Source: a bacterium (GTDB lineage: Bacteria > Patescibacteriota > Microgenomatia > Levybacterales > UBA12049). From it: DNA of 44,119 bases. Position numbers and translations under genes: made by a program. Below the pieces are notes generated by a model that saw nothing but the letters and a program-made list of their open reading frames with translations, did not search any database and was not told where the DNA came from. Positions 42,547 to 44,119 of this stretch are shown here, piece after piece. The DNA is taken from positions 1-44,119 of the forward strand of contig JAJYHW010000085.1 in assembly GCA_021784535.1 (NCBI GenBank), given 5' to 3'. The first letter of the stretch is position 1; each line of letters opens with the position of its first letter.

Positions 42547-43911
42547 TTATAAAGCAAAAAATAATAAAGCGCCAATGCCGAGAATTGAGATTCCCGTAAT
42601 CGTACCAGTAATTGCTGCAGAACTGCCTGTTTTTGGCAATGGAGTTTTTGTCGGTGTTATGGCAGTTTTTGTGGGAGTTGGTGTTACGGTCGGTTTGGGT
42701 ATCGCAGTAGGTGTGGCTGCAGCTGTGGGTACGGGCGTGGTAGTTGGTATAGCTGTTGGAATTATTGTCGCGATCGGCGAGACGGATGGTGCAATAAAGT
42801 GACTTCCCGAGGCATAGACAATAAAGGATCTACTGATCGTCTGAAGAATGCCTGCGGCGTTAATTGATTTAATCGTAATTGTATGCTTACCTGGTGCGAG
42901 TTTGAGAGGCGGGCGAAATTGCCAGTTGCCGGAATTATTACTATGAAGTTTTACAGAAATTTCCTGTTGTGATTGGATTATGATATCAACTTCAGTATTT
43001 GGAAGTGCTCTCCCCTGAAAAGTCGGTTGCTGATCTGTAAAAGCTTGCGATGCTCTTGGTGTATCGATTACCGGAGAAGAGACAGGTGCAGGCGTAGTAA
43101 ATACAGGAAATCCTATGCCCGATGTGACTTGTGCGGCTCCGGATGCTTTCGTAGTTCTTCCAAGCGTAAAGTCATAATTTTGAGGCAAAATAATTTCAGG
43201 TACAGGGTTTGTATTATCGAAGAGTACTTTTGCAACTGATTGTTGTGTTGGTGTAACAGCTTGCAGGGTGAGCATGGTATCGGAGGTGAGTGATGCCGCG
43301 GTTGAAAGATTACTGTTGCGCAGTTGTGCAAGCGGAATTTGATAGCTTCCATCTGGATTGATGAGGGTTGCGAGCTGCTGAAGACCGCCACCTGTAAGAT
43401 AGACAATGCCTTCTGTGGGAATGGTTCCATTACTCAGCGCGACAGTGCCGGCAAGTGGAGGTGTAGTTGCGGCGTTAGTCAATGGTTTTGCAGTTGTAAC
43501 TATAAACGGGCTGCCGTTATTTGTTGTTTTTTGAGAGCCGGAATCAATAACATAATAATATTTTGTGGAAGGCGTTGCGTGCTCTACGGTTATAAAGTGC
43601 ACTTGGTGTTCAGCTGCGCTGCCAGTCTTTTTATCGCGATCATCCAGCGCGATATCAGGCATTGACGGGCTTGTGCCATACGAAACGGTTCCTACAGTAG
43701 GAACATCAGTTGTGTAAGAGATTGTAAAAGATGTATCCGAGATGTTGCTTATTTGTATATTTTTAGGCTCACTGCCGGCTGTTGCTTTTGAAATAAACAT
43801 AAATGTGTTGCCGCTGAGAAGAAGAGTAATACCTAAAGCCACAAGAAGGACAAAAAATCCTGCATAAGAAGGTAATTGTTTATCTAATAGCTTGTTTTGT
43901 GCATAGCTCAT
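42547..43911 (-). CDS. Surface protein with FN3/Ig-like domains, a T/P-rich stalk and a C-terminal LPKTG sorting-like signal
   Basis: N-terminal TM/signal segment, then NIQISNISDTSFTISYTT (FN3-like), an Ig-like block (PGKHTITIKSINAAG), a PT-rich linker, then LPKTG plus a hydrophobic tail. Confidence 0.75.
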   Translation of the reverse strand: MSYAQNKLLDKQLPSYAGFFVLLVALGITLLLSGNTFMFISKATAGSEPKNIQISNISDTSFTISYTTDVPTVGTVSYGTSPSMPDIALDDRDKKTGSAAEHQVHFITVEHATPSTKYYYVIDSGSQKTTNNGSPFIVTTAKPLTNAATTPPLAGTVALSNGTIPTEGIVYLTGGGLQQLATLINPDGSYQIPLAQLRNSNLSTAASLTSDTMLTLQAVTPTQQSVAKVLFDNTNPVPEIILPQNYDFTLGRTTKASGAAQVTSGIGFPVFTTPAPVSSPVIDTPRASQAFTDQQPTFQGRALPNTEVDIIIQSQQEISVKLHSNNSGNWQFRPPLKLAPGKHTITIKSINAAGILQTISRSFIVYASGSHFIAPSVSPIATIIPTAIPTTTPVPTAAATPTAIPKPTVTPTPTKTAITPTKTPLPKTGSSAAITGTITGISILGIGALLFFAL

Positions 43912-44119
43912 TGTCCTTGTCTGGTAACCGATGCGCTCGAAGAAGACGTCTGTGTTGCTGGTGCAAATTGTGACGAATTCGATGCTGGCGGTGTTCCTGT
44001 CGGCGTCAGGGATGATGATCCAAGCGGCGCCAGAATATAAGGAGTAGGTGAAGGATTAAGTGGAGATGTTGTTGTAGCAGTGGATGAGCTTGTTTGCGTT
44101 TCAAAGAATGGGCTGACAT
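43908..44119 (-). CDS. 3' end of an S/T/P-rich protein gene (5' end lies outside the window)
   Basis: The frame is open from the window edge (...TSSSTATTTSPLNPSPTPY...SSSSASVTRQGQ*). Its TGA overlaps the next ATG (ATGA). It is absent from the ORF track because it has no in-window start. Confidence 0.55.
   Translation of the reverse strand, partial: VSPFFETQTSSSTATTTSPLNPSPTPYILAPLGSSSLTPTGTPPASNSSQFAPATQTSSSSASVTRQGQ

Noticed and set aside
42575-42802. 75-aa plus-strand ORF rich in Val/Gly/Ala
   Set aside because: It is the antisense reading of the T/P-rich stalk of the LPKTG protein and is a compositional artefact.
1-44119. Scan of all intergenic gaps for tRNA, rRNA, tmRNA, transposase, integrase or toxin-antitoxin pairs
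   Set aside because: No cloverleaf-compatible sequence and no recognisable mobile-element or TA gene was seen. The scan was by eye only, so small RNAs could have been missed.

Overview
This is an AT-rich, densely packed bacterial window with about 45 genes on both strands and no rRNA, tRNA, transposase, integrase or CRISPR array. TGA acts as a stop codon, so the standard bacterial code applies. The gene content suggests a small-genome Patescibacteria/CPR-like organism: NrdR plus a class II B12-dependent RNR, a ClpB without its N-domain, FemX, an LCP protein, a DUF2298 'YYY' membrane protein, three tandem GT39/ArnT-like glycosyltransferases, an LPXTG protein and a TM-anchored coupling-protein-like ATPase. 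That taxonomic call is inference and has not been checked by any search. Layout by coordinate: 1-3054 holds nrdR (3' end), a 136-aa orphan and nrdJ. 3100-4769 holds a cobalamin riboswitch driving a B12 salvage operon (DUF4430 binder, 6-TM S-component-like protein, PduO adenosyltransferase). 4855-9973 holds a second riboswitch copy driving a four-gene operon of unknown function that ends in a TraD/VirD4-like ATPase; this is the best candidate for something undescribed. 10-31 kb holds housekeeping, repair and stress genes (matrixin protease, RsmB-like methyltransferase, trpS, EEP nuclease, cluster-less MutY-like glycosylase, msrA, ABC-2 exporter, MscS, PLP decarboxylase, clpB, Nudix, RNase HI, Ni-SOD with its SodX protease, FemX, UvrD/PcrA, tpiA). 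31-44 kb is a large envelope and glycosylation block. Two window-wide signals are not explained by genes. First, hairpin elements whose arms are built from phased 7-nt repeats (AATTTYC and ATGTAAG types) sit at gene boundaries and, in several cases, in frame inside conserved genes. Second, many genes have a -10 box 6-8 nt upstream of the ATG with no Shine-Dalgarno sequence, which implies leaderless mRNAs. All homology calls come from motif recognition by eye; no database search or folding program was run.
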